64,000 nt of DNA from an uncultured Gemmatimonadales bacterium (GTDB taxonomy: Bacteria > Gemmatimonadota > Gemmatimonadetes > Longimicrobiales > Gaopeijiaceae). The stretch spans positions 736,001 to 800,000 of the forward strand of contig CAWELD010000003.1 in NCBI GenBank assembly GCA_963809895.1. The letters are read 5' to 3'. The position numbers and the translations under genes were made by a program. Shown piece after piece: positions 20,452 to 32,326 of this stretch (its first letter is position 1; each line of letters begins with the position of its first letter). The notes under the pieces are model-generated. The model searched no databases. It was not told the DNA's origin and worked only from the letters and a program-made list of their open reading frames with translations.

Positions 20452-20975
20452 TCAGCCGGGCACGCGCCGGTATTCGCCGTCGAAAGCCACGGCCCAACTG
20501 TCGCCGCCGTCGGTGGACTGTTCCCAGAGCTGGCGCACGCGGTCGCCGCTCTCGTCGAGCTGCGTCCAGGTGATGCGTTGGAGGGTTTCGAGCCGTCCGA
20601 TCCCACGGTGGTGCCCTCGAGGCGCATGTGTCCCTCGGAGAAGGTGCCCTCGATGAGGAGCAGCGTGCCGCCGTTGTCCACCCAGGTCTGGTGCCACACG
20701 CCGCGGCCCGGGTCCCAGGTGTTGAAGCTCTCGCCGTGGTAGCCGCCGGCACCGTCGTAGTGCTCGTGCAGCACGCAGCCGCCCATCTCGCTGGTGATGT
20801 CGTTGTGGCCGGCCTTCTGGCCGTCGGGACGGAAGACGTCCCAGCTCCCGAGCCAGAAGTCGAACTGCCGGTAGGCGGGGTCCTGACAGGGAGGTTGGGT
20901 GTTCTGGGCCTGGAGCGGGGCCACGGCGACGGCCCAGGTCGTCAGGGTGGCGGCCACGAGGAGGGGTCGGATCAT
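20452..20975 (-). CDS. Exported hypothetical beta-rich protein (DUF1579-like), frameshifted near 20587
   Basis: Signal peptide, QFDFWLGSWDV..WHQTWVDN; continues in another frame as TLQRITWT..VRQLWEQSTDGGDSW; one extra A in the AAA run would join them. Confidence 0.7.
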
Positions 20976-21087
20976 GAAGCGTCCTCTCGAAGAGGGGAAA
21001 GGTTGCGGTCCATGCCCACGTACGGCGGGCCAGGCGCAGGATTGCGACGTGCGTGGCTGGAGACGGGGTTGGAGGAGGACCGCGAAG

Positions 21088-21216
21088 TGTTCGGAAATGG
21101 GACGCCCGGTCCCGCCTCCGCCCATCATGGAGATCGTAACCGACTTCATTTGTATGCGGTAACCATAGGTATAATAGCGACTTATGGCGATCTGACACTT
21201 CTGGCACGCCCCTTCC
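21088..21216 (+). promoter_or_regulatory. Putative sigma54 promoter with upstream enhancer-like sites and an AT-rich bend region
   Basis: TGGCACG-CCCC-TTCC at 21202-21216 (-12 element is one base off TTGC); TGTTCG-N4-TGGGAC at 21088-21103; AT-rich 21145-21190; NtrC-type gene in the same cluster. Confidence 0.45.
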
Positions 21217-21377
21217 GTACTGTTCGAGGGTGCGGGCGCCGTGGGGTCCCCATCGGTTCGTGCGGACAGGGGGTGGTGATGTGGCCGGCCTTCGGGCCGG
21301 AGCCGGCGGGGGTCCCCGGGGTCCCGCAACACGACGGAAGTGGCACACGAACGATAGACGGCAAGGAGGTGCGGTCC

Positions 21378-22964
21378 GTGCGGACACGCGCTGCGACTCG
21401 AGACACGACCGCCCGCCAGACGGCGATTCTGGTCCGGGCGCTCATGGGTGCGTTGGTGCTGCTGGCGCTGGCGGCCACCACCCTCGTGGCCCAGCAGGTG
21501 CGGGAGCTCTCGCTGGAAGAGGCCATCCGCCTGGCGAAGCACAACAACCCGGCATTCCTGAGCACCGCCAACGACCAGGAGCCGGCGGACTGGGCGGTAC
21601 GGGCGGCCTACGGGAACCTGATTCCCACGGCGACGGCCAGCGGGAGCATGGGCTACACCGAGGCCGGCGTCCAGCGCTACGGAACGGTGGATCTGGGCAC
21701 CCAGAGCACAGACTGGTACAGCTCGTCGTACCGCCTGGGCCTCTCCTGGACCATGAACGGCAGCACGCTCTTCGGCGTCTCCACGGCGCGGGCGGCTTCC
21801 AAGGCGACCGCTGCCGGGATCGACAACGCCGAGTTCAACCTGGAGTCCCAGGTCACGCTGCAATACATGACGGCCCTGCGCGCCAGGGACGCGGTCGATG
21901 TGGCGCGGGACACCTACGAGCGGGCCCAGCAGAACCGTGACATCGTGGACACCCGCGTTCAGACCGGGGCCGCCGCGGGCACCGAGGGGCGCCAGGCCGA
22001 GGTGGACCAGGGCCGCGCCGAGGTGGCGCTCCTCCAGGCCGAGCGCCTCTACCGGGCCGAGCTCCTGCGACTGCAGGAGCAGATGGGCACCGCCATGGAC
22101 GACAGCCTGGCGCTGGTGAGCGAGTTCCAGATCTTCGAGCCGACCTGGACCCGGGACGAGCTCCTGGACGATGCCATGAGGCGACATCCGTCCCTTGAGG
22201 CCATGCGGGCCCAGGAGGCTTCGGCCACGGCGCGCGTGCGCCAGGCGCGCAGCTCCTACTTTCCCAGTGTCACGGTCAGCACGGGCCTCGCCGGCTTCAC
22301 GCAGCAGGCGCTGAACAAGGGATTCGTCGTGCAGCAGGCCAGGAACGCCCGCGAGAACCAGGTCTCCAGCTGCAAGTTCTACAGCGCCCTGGCGACGGGC
22401 CTGAGCGTTCCACTGGAGGGCACGGGGCTGGAGGACTATCCCAAGGACTGCAGCCAGTTCGCCTACACGCCCGCCGACAGCATCGCGGCACTGGCCAGCA
22501 ACAGCGCATTCCCCATGGATTTCACCAAGAATCCCATCAGCGTGTCGCTCTCGGTGAGCATCCCCATCTTCCAGGGCTTCAGCCGTCAGCAGCAGGTGGA
22601 GCAGGCGGCGGCGGCTCGCAAGGACGCGGACAACAACCTGCGGGCCGAAGAGTTGCGGCTCCGCACCGCCGTGACGCAGGCGCTGGACAACCTCCAGTCG
22701 GCCTACAGGCAGGTGCAGATCGAGACGCGCAACCAGGATCTGGCCGAGCAGCAGCTCGTGCAGGCGCGCCAGCGCTACGCGGTGGGCAACACCTCGATCC
22801 TGGAGCTCATGGACGCACAGACCTCGCTGTCCACCGCGCAGAGGGACTACCTGAACGCGGTGTACGGCTTCCATCAATCCCTGGTACAGCTGGAGGCGGC
22901 CACCGGTCGGTCCCTCCGTCCCGGGAGGGGTGACGACGACGATGCGGATGGGGCGGAGGGCTGA
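21378..22964 (+). CDS. TolC family outer membrane protein
   Basis: AAGGAGG RBS with GTG start; LSLEEAIRLAKHNNP; RYAVGNTSILELMDAQ. Confidence 0.88.
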   Translation: MRTRAATRDTTARQTAILVRALMGALVLLALAATTLVAQQVRELSLEEAIRLAKHNNPAFLSTANDQEPADWAVRAAYGNLIPTATASGSMGYTEAGVQRYGTVDLGTQSTDWYSSSYRLGLSWTMNGSTLFGVSTARAASKATAAGIDNAEFNLESQVTLQYMTALRARDAVDVARDTYERAQQNRDIVDTRVQTGAAAGTEGRQAEVDQGRAEVALLQAERLYRAELLRLQEQMGTAMDDSLALVSEFQIFEPTWTRDELLDDAMRRHPSLEAMRAQEASATARVRQARSSYFPSVTVSTGLAGFTQQALNKGFVVQQARNARENQVSSCKFYSALATGLSVPLEGTGLEDYPKDCSQFAYTPADSIAALASNSAFPMDFTKNPISVSLSVSIPIFQGFSRQQQVEQAAAARKDADNNLRAEELRLRTAVTQALDNLQSAYRQVQIETRNQDLAEQQLVQARQRYAVGNTSILELMDAQTSLSTAQRDYLNAVYGFHQSLVQLEAATGRSLRPGRGDDDDADGAEG

Positions 22965-23059
22965 CCGGCCGCGCCGGCGCCCGCCAATGACCTGGACGAC
23001 GACCCGGAGGCCGGGGGAGCCCAGCGCCCCCCTGACTCCCCGAACCTCGAGGTAGATAC

Positions 23060-24318
23060 GTGGACATCATCCGCGATACGAAGCCGAAAAAGCGCAAGCG
23101 AGCCGTCATCATCACCGCGGTGGTGCTGGGCCTGGTGGCCATCACCTTCGCGTGCGGCAGCTTCCCAGCGCCGCGCCCACCGTGGACCGCGCCGTGGCCT
23201 GGATGGACACGGTGCAACGGGGGACCATGACCCGCATGGTGCGGGGTCCCGGCACCCTGGTTCCCGAGCAGGCGCGGCTCATCACCGCCGTCACCAACGG
23301 CCGGGTGGAGCGCATCGTGCTCCTGCCGGGCGCCGAGGTGGAGGCCGGGGACGTCATCCTGGAGATGTCGAACCCCGACGTGAACATGCAGTATCTGGAT
23401 GCCCAGACGCAGCTTTCGCAGGCCCAGGCCAACCTGCTGCAGACACAGGCGAACAACCAGACGTCGCAGCTCCAGCAGGAGGGCGCGGTGAGCCAGCTCC
23501 AGCTGCAGCTCGCCACCGCTCGCCGGGAATACCAGACCAACCAGCGTCTCTACGACACCAACCCCGATCTGGTGGCCAAGTCCGAGCTGGATCGAACCAA
23601 GGAGGCGGTCACGGACCTCGAGACCCGCCTGGATCTGGAGAAGCGGCGGCTGGAGGTCATGAAGACCACGGCCCAGGAACAGGTCGAAGCGCAGCAGCTC
23701 CAGGTGGACCGCCTGAAGGAGCAGGTGCAATTCAACCAGGACCGGTTGGCGTCGCTGGTGGTGCGCGCGCCCAACGCGGGGCTGCTGTCTCCGCTGGAGA
23801 TTCCACTCCAGGAAGGACAGTACGTGACCTCGGGTGGGCAGCTCGCCCGCATCGTGGTGCCGGGTCGCCTCAAGGCCGAGATCCGCATCCCCCAGACGCA
23901 GGCCCAGGAGATCGTGGTGGGCCAGCGGGCGCTCATCGACACCCGCACCGACACCATCGAAGGTCGTGTCTCGCGCATCGATCCGGCGGTGCGTCAGGGC
24001 TCGGTGACCATCGACGTGTCGCTGCCCGACAATCTGCCGGCCAGCGCCCGCCCGGACCTGAGCGTGGACGGCAACGTCGTCATCGAGCGGCTGGACGACG
24101 TCCTGTACGTGGGCCGGCCGAGCTTCGGGCAGGCCAATCAGCAGATCAGCCTCTTCCGGGTCACCGACGACGGTGACTACGCCGAGCGCGTGCGCGTGCT
24201 CATCGGGCAGACCTCGGTGAACGACATCGAGGTGCGGGAGGGCCTGCAGGAAGGCGACATCGTCATCCTGTCCGACATGTCGCAGTGGGACGGTTACGAC
24301 CGGGTGAAACTGCGTTGA
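23060..24318 (+). CDS. MacA/HlyD-like periplasmic adaptor, frameshifted near 23151
   Basis: GTG 23060 gives MDIIRDTKPKKRKRAVIITAVVLGLVAITF (TM anchor); the MFP body is in the next frame; one missing G restores it. Confidence 0.85.
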
Positions 24319-24408
24319 CCCACACCCCCTGCCGGGTACGGACCCGGCGCACACCGCACGCTGTCGGCCTGGCCGGCGGCCACACCGCCTGAACGGGAGA
24401 GGAAGACG

Positions 24409-25164
24409 ATGGAGAACGGAGGCCAGTCACTCATCCACCTCGAAGAGCTTTCGAAGGTCTTCTACACGGAAGAGGTGGAGACGCACGCGCTGTCGGGGAT
24501 CAACCTGGACATCGCCAGCGGGGAGTTCGTGTCCATCGCGGGCCCGTCGGGGTGCGGCAAGACGACCATGCTGTCGATTCTGGGGCTGCTGGACAGCCCG
24601 ACGGGTGGCAAGTACCTGCTCGACGGGGAGCCGGTGGAGAATCTGAGCGCGGGCCAGCGGGCCAAGATCCGCAACCAGGCCATCGGGTTCATCTTCCAGG
24701 CGTTCAACCTGATCGGTGACCTGACGGTGTACGAGAACGTGGAGCTGCCGCTGACGTATCGGGGCATGCCGGGCTCGGAGCGGAAGGAGCGGGTGCAGGC
24801 GGCGCTGGAGCGGGTGGGGATGGCGCACCGGATGGGGCACTACCCGAGCCAGCTGTCGGGTGGTCAGCAGCAGCGGGTGGCGGTGGCGCGGGCCATCGTG
24901 GGCAAGCCGCTGATCCTGCTGGCCGACGAGCCGACGGGTAACCTGGACTCGAAGAACGGCAACGCGGTGATGGATCTGCTGCGGGAGCTGCACGACGAGG
25001 GCGCGACCATCTGCATGGTGACGCACGATCCGCGCTACGCGCACGTGGCGGAGCGCCAGGTGCACCTGTTCGACGGTCAGGTGGTGAGCGAGGACGACGC
25101 CAAGCGCGCGCACGAGCTCGAAGAGGCCGGCTTCGACATGCACTCGGAGGCCGAGCAGGCCTGA
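24409..25164 (+). CDS. ABC transporter ATP-binding protein (MacB/LolD-type)
   Basis: Walker A GPSGCGKT, LSGGQQQRVAVARA, ADEPTGNLD. Confidence 0.95.
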   Translation: MENGGQSLIHLEELSKVFYTEEVETHALSGINLDIASGEFVSIAGPSGCGKTTMLSILGLLDSPTGGKYLLDGEPVENLSAGQRAKIRNQAIGFIFQAFNLIGDLTVYENVELPLTYRGMPGSERKERVQAALERVGMAHRMGHYPSQLSGGQQQRVAVARAIVGKPLILLADEPTGNLDSKNGNAVMDLLRELHDEGATICMVTHDPRYAHVAERQVHLFDGQVVSEDDAKRAHELEEAGFDMHSEAEQA

Positions 25165-25187
25165 GACCCGGGGCATGGCGCAGGGCG

Positions 25188-25219
25188 ACGGGCCCGGTGG
25201 ACTGATCCGCCGGGCCCGT
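25188..25219 (+). terminator. GC-rich hairpin downstream of the ABC ATPase
   Basis: ACGGGCCCGGTGGA-ctga-TCCGCCGGGCCCGT; weak U tract. Confidence 0.45.
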
Positions 25220-25337
25220 TCCCGTGCCTACTCGATGTCCAACGTCCTCGGTGCCGGGAGCGGCGCAACTTCCCGGCATCCTCTTCCGTAGGGTGAGCGT
25301 CCCCGACAGCGATCCCTCCCCACCGGATTCCCCTTCC

Positions 25338-27794
25338 ATGGACCGACTTTTCGCCGACGTCCGCTACGCGCTGCGTGCCCTGCGCAAGCGTCCCCTGTTC
25401 GCCGTGGTCGCGGCCGGCTCGCTGGCCATCGGCATCGGCGCCAACACGGCACTGTTCACGGCGGTCAACACGCTCCTCTTCTCGAAGCCCAGCGGGATCC
25501 CGGCGGCCGACCGGGTCGTGGAGTTGGGTCGCGCACGAGACGGGTCCGGCTTCGACACCTTCACCTATCCGGACTTCCAGGACGTGCGTGAGGGAGCGTC
25601 CGCGCTCCAGGCCGCGGCGGCGTACCAGCTGGAGACGGTGGCGGTGTCCAGCGGCGAGGAGGGGGTCCGCACCAACGCGATCTACGTGAGCCCCGCGTAC
25701 TTCGACGTGCTGGGGCTGGCACCGGCCCGGGGTCGCTTCTTCACCGCCGACGAGGACCAGGGCCCGGACGAGCACGCCGTTGCGGTGATCTCCTGGGACT
25801 TCTGGCAGAGCCGCCTGGCCGGCGATCCCGGGGTGGTGGGGAGCACGGTGCGGCTCAATCGCCATCCGTACACGGTCGTGGGCGTGACTCCGCAGGGCTT
25901 CAAGGGACATCAGTTCGCCTTTCGCCCCGACGTCATGCTCCCGCTCATGCAGTATCCGAGCATGCACGAGGGTCAGAATCTGTTCGACGCCCGCAACTCG
26001 TCCTGGATCATGGTGCTCGGGCGCCTGGGCCCCGACGCCACGGTGGACGAGCTCAACCAGCAGCTCGACGCGGTGAGCACCCGCCTGCAGGGGGCGTATC
26101 CCGACACGAACGCGCGCCGGTCCTTCCGGGCGATTCCGTTCGGACCGGTACCGGGCCCGGCGCGCGCCATCGTGCGGACCTTCCTGGGCGTGCTCATGGC
26201 CTTCGTGACCCTCATCCTGCTGGTGACCTGCGCGAACGTGGCCGGGATGTTCCTGGCCCGGGCGACGGCCCGGTCGCGCGAGGTGGCCGTGCGCCTGGCG
26301 CTGGGGGCCGGGCGTGGCGCGCTCCTTCGCCAGCTCACGGTAGAGGCCCTGTTGGTCTTCCTGGTCGGGGGTGCCGTGGGCTACGCCGTGGCTGCCTGGG
26401 CCACGGGGCTGCTGCGACCCGGGCTGTTGCCGGTGCCGATCCCCCTGGACTTCGAGATCTCGCCCGATGCTCGTGTCCTGTTCTTTTCGCTGGCTGCGAC
26501 GCTCGTCACCGGGTTGGTCTTCGGCCTGCTGCCGGCGCTGCAAGCCACCCGGGTGTCGATCGTGTCGGCGCTGCGGGACGGCGGGACCCGTGGGGCGGCC
26601 GCGGCAGGCTCGAGTCGGCTGCGTCGCATCTTCGTGGCCGGTCAGGTGGGGCTGTCGCTGGTGCTTCTGGTTGCGGCAGGGCTGTTCCTGCGCTCGCTCC
26701 AGCGCGCCGGCCAGGTGGAGACGGGGTTCGATCCTTCGGGGGCCTACATGACCGGGGTCGACCTCGCCATGGAGGGCTACGACGACGAGACGGGGCCGAC
26801 CTTCCAGCGCCGGTTGGTCGAGTCCCTGGCGGCACGCCCGGAGGTCGAGGCCGCGGCGTTGGCCACGGACCTTCCCCTGGACATGGGCCGCAGGAGCACC
26901 GTCGCCGTACCCGAGGGCTGGTCGTCGGCCTCGGGGGATCCGGGTCTCGGGGTGGATTTCAACCAGGTGTCGGCCGCCTACTTCGACGCGCTGCGCATCC
27001 CCGTTCTGCAGGGACGAGCCTTCAACGAAGCCGACGCCGCCGGCTCGGAGCGGGTGGCGGTGGTGAGCCGCGCCTTCGCGGAGCGGGCCTGGCCCGGCGA
27101 GCAGGCCGTGGGTCGCACGCTGGACTTCGGCAGCTTCGATGCGGACCGGGCCGAACAGCTGCGGGTGGTGGGCGTGGTGGAGGACGTGAAGAACGGTATG
27201 ATCACCGACCAGCCCGAGCCGTTCGTCTACACCGCCCTGGCCCAGGACTATCAGGCCGCGACCCAGGTGGTGGTCCGGTTCAGGCCGGGTGCATCCGGGG
27301 CCGGCGGCCTCCTGCGCCAGTGGGTCCTCGAGTTGGACGGTGGGCTGTCGTTGACGGCCGTGGTGTCGCTGGAGCGGTACACGGCCATCGGGGTGCTGCC
27401 GCAGCGTCTGGCCGCCGGCATCACCAGCGCGCTGGGACTGCTGGCGCTCCTGCTGGCCGGCCTGGGCGTGTACGGGGTGGTGGCGTTCTCGGTGGCGCAG
27501 CGCACCCGGGAGATCGGCGTGCGCATGGCGTTGGGCGCCGGACAGGGCAGGGTGGTGCGACAGGTCCTGCGCGCCGGGCTGTGGCTCGCGCTTCCGGGCC
27601 TGGCCGTGGGTGCGCTGCTGGCGTTGGGCGCCTCGCAGGTGCTCCGGAGCATGCTGCTCGGACTCAGTCCCTTCGACCCGGTGGCCCTGGGCGGCGTGGC
27701 CGCCTTGCTGATCGGCGTGGTGGGGCTGGCCACCTGGCTGCCCGCCCGACGCGCGGCCTCGGTGGCGCCGGCGGAGGCCCTGCGGAGCGAATAG
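25338..27794 (+). CDS. Duplicated MacB/FtsX-type ABC permease (ADOP-like)
   Basis: DVRYALRALRKRP, LAIGIGANTALF, REVAVRLALGA, QRTREIGVRMALGA, PARRAASV. Confidence 0.92.
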   Translation: MDRLFADVRYALRALRKRPLFAVVAAGSLAIGIGANTALFTAVNTLLFSKPSGIPAADRVVELGRARDGSGFDTFTYPDFQDVREGASALQAAAAYQLETVAVSSGEEGVRTNAIYVSPAYFDVLGLAPARGRFFTADEDQGPDEHAVAVISWDFWQSRLAGDPGVVGSTVRLNRHPYTVVGVTPQGFKGHQFAFRPDVMLPLMQYPSMHEGQNLFDARNSSWIMVLGRLGPDATVDELNQQLDAVSTRLQGAYPDTNARRSFRAIPFGPVPGPARAIVRTFLGVLMAFVTLILLVTCANVAGMFLARATARSREVAVRLALGAGRGALLRQLTVEALLVFLVGGAVGYAVAAWATGLLRPGLLPVPIPLDFEISPDARVLFFSLAATLVTGLVFGLLPALQATRVSIVSALRDGGTRGAAAAGSSRLRRIFVAGQVGLSLVLLVAAGLFLRSLQRAGQVETGFDPSGAYMTGVDLAMEGYDDETGPTFQRRLVESLAARPEVEAAALATDLPLDMGRRSTVAVPEGWSSASGDPGLGVDFNQVSAAYFDALRIPVLQGRAFNEADAAGSERVAVVSRAFAERAWPGEQAVGRTLDFGSFDADRAEQLRVVGVVEDVKNGMITDQPEPFVYTALAQDYQAATQVVVRFRPGASGAGGLLRQWVLELDGGLSLTAVVSLERYTAIGVLPQRLAAGITSALGLLALLLAGLGVYGVVAFSVAQRTREIGVRMALGAGQGRVVRQVLRAGLWLALPGLAVGALLALGASQVLRSMLLGLSPFDPVALGGVAALLIGVVGLATWLPARRAASVAPAEALRSE

Positions 27795-27979
27795 CCAGGA
27801 GGCCCGCTGCTGACCGCGAGGGGTCGAGCCCGTACCTTTAGCGAAACGGAAACGACGACCGGCCCACCGCGTGGTGGAACGCCGGCCCGGGAAACCGTGG
27901 GGCCGGACGGGACGTCCAAGTCAGAGAGAGGCGCCACTCCGGCGCCCCTACACCAGGATCGGAGAAGGACGCGAACCGG

Positions 27980-28645
27980 ATGATCAAGCTTCGCAACGTG
28001 GAGAAGTCCTACAAGACGGGCGCCGGTGAGACTTTCGTGCTGCGCCGGATCGACGCGGACATCCGTGAGGGTGAGTTCGTCACCATCATGGGACCGTCCG
28101 GTGCGGGCAAGAGCACGCTGCTGTCCATCCTGGGCATGCTGGACGCCGACTGGCGCGGGGAGTACTTCCTGCTGGACCACGCGGTGCACTCCATGAAGCC
28201 GAGACACCGCATCGAGCTCAACAAGGAGTACATCGGGTTCGTCTTCCAGCAGTATCATCTGCTGGACGACCTCACCGTCTACGAGAATCTGGAGATCCCG
28301 CTCTCGTACCGGAACGTGAAGCGGAAGGACCGACAGGCCATCGTGGCGGACACCCTGGACCGCTTCCAGATCGTGGGCAAGAAGGACCTGTATCCGACCC
28401 AGCTCTCCGGGGGCCAGCAGCAACTCGTGGCCGTGGCCCGCGCCATCATCGCCGAGCCTCGCATGATCCTCGCGGACGAGCCCACGGGCAGCCTGCACAC
28501 GAGCCAGGGCCGCATGATCATGGACCTCCTCAAGCAGCTCAACCGCGAAGGGACCACCATCATCCAGGTCACGCACAACGAGGAATACGCCAAGTACGGG
28601 AACCGCATCATCCAGCTCCGCGACGGCTGGATCGTCGACGAGTGA
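27980..28645 (+). CDS. Second ABC ATP-binding protein (MacB/LolD-type)
   Basis: [32 protein letters not shown]. Confidence 0.93.
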   Translation: MIKLRNVEKSYKTGAGETFVLRRIDADIREGEFVTIMGPSGAGKSTLLSILGMLDADWRGEYFLLDHAVHSMKPRHRIELNKEYIGFVFQQYHLLDDLTVYENLEIPLSYRNVKRKDRQAIVADTLDRFQIVGKKDLYPTQLSGGQQQLVAVARAIIAEPRMILADEPTGSLHTSQGRMIMDLLKQLNREGTTIIQVTHNEEYAKYGNRIIQLRDGWIVDE

Positions 28646-28658
28646 GGGTGGCCATACG

Positions 28659-30032
<1,374 letters not shown>

Positions 30033-30053
30033 CCGCCTCTCCCAGGGAGTCCG

Positions 30054-31475
30054 ATGGACCGTCCGATCCGCCCCCCCCAGGAGCCGTCTTCGGCCGGGCG
30101 TTCCGGGCCCGGGCGGGGTGTGGTGCGGTTGTCGCACGACCGACGCATCGTCTTGCTCGCGCTGGCTGCCGGCCTTCCGGGTGTGCTCCTCACGCTCACG
30201 CTGCTCTTCGTGGGGGACTACTCAGGTCGGCTGCGTTGGACGCTCGCGCCCGCCCTGGTGGTCGTCTGGCTCATGGCGGCGTTCGCGCTGCGCGATCGGG
30301 TCGTACGGCCCCTGCAGACGCTGGCCAACATGCTGGCCGCGCTTCGAGAGGGGGACTTCTCCATCCGGGCGCGGGTCCCGGTCGAGGATGCCGACGACCC
30401 GCTTTCGCTCACCTATCACGAGGTGAACGCGCTGGAGGAGATCCTCCGGGAGCAGCGTCTGGGCGCCGTGGAGGCCACCGAGCTCCTGCGCAAGGTCCTC
30501 GAAGAGGTGGACGTGGCGATCTTCGCCTTCGACGAGGACGAGGAGCTGAGGCTGCTGAACCGCGCAGGAGAGCGCCTGCTCGGCCAGCCGTCCGAGCGCG
30601 TCATCGGTCGCGGCGCGGACGAGCTCCGTCTGCACGAGGGACTGCACGGTGTCGCGCCCCGCACGCTGGAGCTGTCCCATCCCGGTGGCACGGGCCGCTG
30701 GGAGCTGCGCCGGAGCGTGGTGCGCCAGGAAGGGGTCCCCCTGCGCCTGCTGGTGTTGTCCGACCTGAGCCGGGCCCTGCGGGAAGAGGAGCGCCAGGCG
30801 TGGAAGCGCATCGTCCGTGTGCTGTCCCACGAGATCAACAACTCGCTGGCGCCCATCAAGTCCATCACCGGCAGCCTGCAGAGCCTGCTGCACCGCGACC
30901 GGCGGCCCGACGACCTGGACGAGGACATGGATCGGGGGCTCCAGGTCATCCAGGGCCGAGCCGAGTCGCTGGGCCGCTTCATGGCCGCCTATGCCCGGCT
31001 GGCGCGCCTGCCGGAGCCGGAGCTCGTGGAGGTCGAGGTGGAGCCCCTGATCCGGCGGGTCGCGGCGTTGGAGCAGCGCTTGCCCGTCGAGGTCGAGGGA
31101 GGACCTCGGGTGAAGATGTACCTGGACCCCGATCAGCTCGAGCAGCTGCTCATCAACCTGATCCGCAACGCCGTGGACGCCATGCTGGGCGACGACGGCG
31201 TGGACCAGGACGACGTCCGGGGCCACGTGCGTGTCCGTTGGAGGGTGCAGGACGACCGCCTCGAGCTGGAGGTGGACGACGAGGGGCCCGGTGTCCCCGA
31301 GACCGGGAACCTGTTCGTTCCCTTCTACACCACCAAACCGGGCGGATCGGGAATCGGTCTGGTGCTGTCGCGCCAGATCGCCGAAGGCCACGGCGGCACC
31401 CTCGAGCTGGAAAGTCGTCCCGGCGAGCGTGGGGCCAGGGCCCGCATCCGCATCCCACTCGACCTCAAGCCCTGA
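30054..31475 (+). CDS. Sensor histidine kinase (NtrY-like; TM, HAMP, PAS)
   Basis: H-box LSHEINNSL, N-box NLIRNA, PFYTTKPGGSGIGL. Confidence 0.92.
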   Translation: MDRPIRPPQEPSSAGRSGPGRGVVRLSHDRRIVLLALAAGLPGVLLTLTLLFVGDYSGRLRWTLAPALVVVWLMAAFALRDRVVRPLQTLANMLAALREGDFSIRARVPVEDADDPLSLTYHEVNALEEILREQRLGAVEATELLRKVLEEVDVAIFAFDEDEELRLLNRAGERLLGQPSERVIGRGADELRLHEGLHGVAPRTLELSHPGGTGRWELRRSVVRQEGVPLRLLVLSDLSRALREEERQAWKRIVRVLSHEINNSLAPIKSITGSLQSLLHRDRRPDDLDEDMDRGLQVIQGRAESLGRFMAAYARLARLPEPELVEVEVEPLIRRVAALEQRLPVEVEGGPRVKMYLDPDQLEQLLINLIRNAVDAMLGDDGVDQDDVRGHVRVRWRVQDDRLELEVDDEGPGVPETGNLFVPFYTTKPGGSGIGLVLSRQIAEGHGGTLELESRPGERGARARIRIPLDLKP

Positions 31476-31586
31476 GGAAGGGTCAGGACGAGGACCCAGC
31501 GTCCCGGAGCGTCGAAGCGCACCGGCCCTGATCGGAAATGGCCGGCGCCAGGAGGCACAACAACGCCGGCGCCACGACCACGGATC

Positions 31587-32204
31587 TCACGACATCTCCA
31601 CCAGGCGGCGGAGCGCCGCCTCGGTCTCGTCCGCCGTGGCCGACAAGGAAAGCAAACCGACGATCCGGCCCTCGCCGTCGACCAGGAACACGCGCGCCGT
31701 GTGGTCCACCACGTAGTCGTCGCCCGTGTCCCGCCTCTGGAAGCCGACACCCCACGCCGTCGCCTGCCCACGCAGGGCCTCCTCCGAGCCCCGGAGTCCC
31801 ACGATGGAGGGATCGAAGGCCTCCAGATACCGGGCCAGGGCCGCTGCGCTGTCCCGGGCGGGATCCACCGTGACGAAGAGGACCTGAAGGCGATCCGCCT
31901 TCTCCCCCATGGCCTGCAGGCTACGGCTGAGGCGCGCCAGGGTCAGAGGACACACGTCGGGACAGTGCGTATAGCCGAAGAAGACAGCCGCGGCGCGGCC
32001 CCGGAAGTCCGACAGGTGGACCGAATCACCTCGCGTGTCCGTCAGAGCCAGCCAGGGGGCGGGATAGGGTTGGGCCAGGAAGGGACCCTGACTCTCCGCC
32101 CCACGCTCCGGTGGCGGGACCGCGGTGAGCCGGATGAAGACGAGGGCGCCCAGGATGCCGATGGTGGCGCCCAGCGCCACGTTGAGCCAGCGTCGGGGAG
32201 TCAT
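31587..32204 (-). CDS. SCO1/SenC family copper chaperone
   Basis: N-terminal TM, FGYTHCPDVCP, VTVDPARD, VDHT. Confidence 0.92.
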   Translation of the reverse strand: MTPRRWLNVALGATIGILGALVFIRLTAVPPPERGAESQGPFLAQPYPAPWLALTDTRGDSVHLSDFRGRAAAVFFGYTHCPDVCPLTLARLSRSLQAMGEKADRLQVLFVTVDPARDSAAALARYLEAFDPSIVGLRGSEEALRGQATAWGVGFQRRDTGDDYVVDHTARVFLVDGEGRIVGLLSLSATADETEAALRRLVEMS

Positions 32205-32251
32205 GATCTGAAGTTCTCCGGTGGCCGGTGGCACGCAACCCCGCGCCGCGC

Positions 32252-32277
32252 GCAACCCTCCATGTCCTGGTCGTGTC
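32252..32277 (+). promoter_or_regulatory. Putative ECF sigma autoregulatory promoter
   Basis: GCAACC-N15-GTGTC about 50 nt upstream of the ECF sigma gene. Confidence 0.4.
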
Positions 32278-32326
32278 CCACAGGACGGAAAGGGAGCCGC
32301 GCAGGCGATCACGTTGGAGCCCTTGA

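Noticed and set aside
25265..25295. GCAACT-N16-CGTA ECF-like promoter before the permease
   Set aside because: Short motif that could arise by chance; no independent support
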